DNA of 53,738 bases, counting the filler, from Sluysia triapertura (Eukaryota), in the NCBI GenBank assembly GCA_046118255.1. It is 4 parts of 4 records of this genome, joined end to end, with 100 filler letters (N's around TTAATTAATTAA, not from the genome) between each part and the next. Parts side by side here need not be neighbours in the genome. Positions count along the whole stretch, not along the records: positions 38,200 to 53,738 come from JBJNIA010225794.1; 3 more parts are not named here. One strand, 5' to 3'. The notes under the pieces were generated by a model that was not told where the DNA came from, made no database searches, and saw only the letters and a list, made by a program, of their open reading frames with translations. Below, in pieces: positions 52,694 through 53,738 of the stretch. Made by a program: the position numbers and the translations under genes. The first letter of the stretch is position 1; the number at the start of each line of letters is the position of its first letter.

Positions 52694-52757
<64 letters not shown>
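52694..52757. repeat. (AAT)n microsatellite
   Basis: Direct reading. Confidence 0.95.
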
Positions 52758-53738
52758 TATCTTCATTTTTATAAACATTTTGTAAGTTTACGTACATTTT
52801 CTGTTTTTATTTCAAATATCAACCAATTCAACAATAAACAATAATAATTTTTATTAGTTTTAATTATTGTTATTATTTTAATTATTATTTTTTATTGTTA
52901 CTACTTTTATTAACTATTATATTTATTGAATTTATTGTGATTCAATATTAAAACTTCGAAGTGAAGTAAATGACAAGAAAAGCCAAAATTGAAATAAGTT
53001 TAACTTTAATTATAATAATTATAATACTTTAATTACGAGAATAAATTATAAAATTACTTAAAGAATCTTTATCGATGAAAATTTTAACGTTAAAAATAAA
53101 CAATTTAATAATAATGCTTCATTTTAGGTTACTTTTAAAGTACGTAAACATAGTATCTTTTTTATTGAAACATTTCAAATGATCATTGCTTCAAAAAAGT
53201 GTTTTTTGCAATAAAGTAGTTTCTTTTTGATGTATCAAAAGTTAGAAATAGCCGACAAAGAGTTTAGAGAAAGTGAATTGTGCGATGGAAGAAAACACAG
53301 TAAAGATTACATTTTAAATTATATCTGTCAATATCTATTTCCATTACATAGGAATTATAACTTTAATGGATAAAACTAAAGATTTAAAATATTAAATTAT
53401 TATTAATTATATTTTATTATCGTTATTATAACTTATTATCATTATTATGTATGGTATAATCAGTGGTGAGCTACGAAATTTTTAACAAGAAGCTCGTTCT
53501 TTTTTCTCGAGAATCGTATGAACTAGTTCTTTAGAAATGTGTCACTGCGACTGACATATGAAAACAAAATAATGTTAATTAAATCGTTTATTTTAGACAA
53601 AAACAATACAATAGAACAAAATAAAGAAAAAATGTGCCATTTGTAAAAAAGTAACTTGAAGTTGTTAGATTTTTCCTTATTCCTAACAAATTATCTGTAG
53701 GGTCAGTTCGCTTAGTATATACGCTTTATACCAAACTT

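Noticed and set aside
53461-53530. CAGTGGTG-type DNA transposon end (also CAGGGTCCGG at ~47280)
   Set aside because: No matching opposite terminus in the window.

Overview
Very AT-rich, gene-poor, repeat-dense eukaryotic genomic DNA from a draft assembly. It has four 100-nt gaps, three of them containing an artificial TTAATTAATTAA linker, so contiguity across gaps is not guaranteed. Only one intact, recognisable host gene is visible: a divergent PACRG (axonemal inner-junction protein) at 30699-31467 with a 34-nt GT-AG intron, which suggests a ciliated or flagellated organism with very small introns and TAA read as stop. Other recognisable content: (i) a decayed ~4.7-kb NeSL-clade-like non-LTR retrotransposon (two C2H2 fingers, Ulp1/C48 protease, reverse transcriptase, restriction-like endonuclease) with a candidate 8-bp target-site duplication; (ii) a Ste24/ZMPSTE24 (M48) fragment with a 120-bp internal duplication; (iii) several solo-LTR-like families, one nested in itself and one carrying a perfect 8-pentamer heat-shock element; (iv) pogo-, piggyBac- and hAT-like ends, a Gag remnant and a tRNA-like remnant; (v) several decayed orphan ORF tracts. 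The most unusual unexplained signals are a 52-nt gap-free motif conserved in four otherwise diverged repeat copies, whose substitutions fit both a covarying hairpin and a conserved 17-codon peptide, and a cluster of pre-miRNA-sized hairpins at 20.7-21.2 kb. All calls were made by eye with no database search. The organism cannot be identified from this window.
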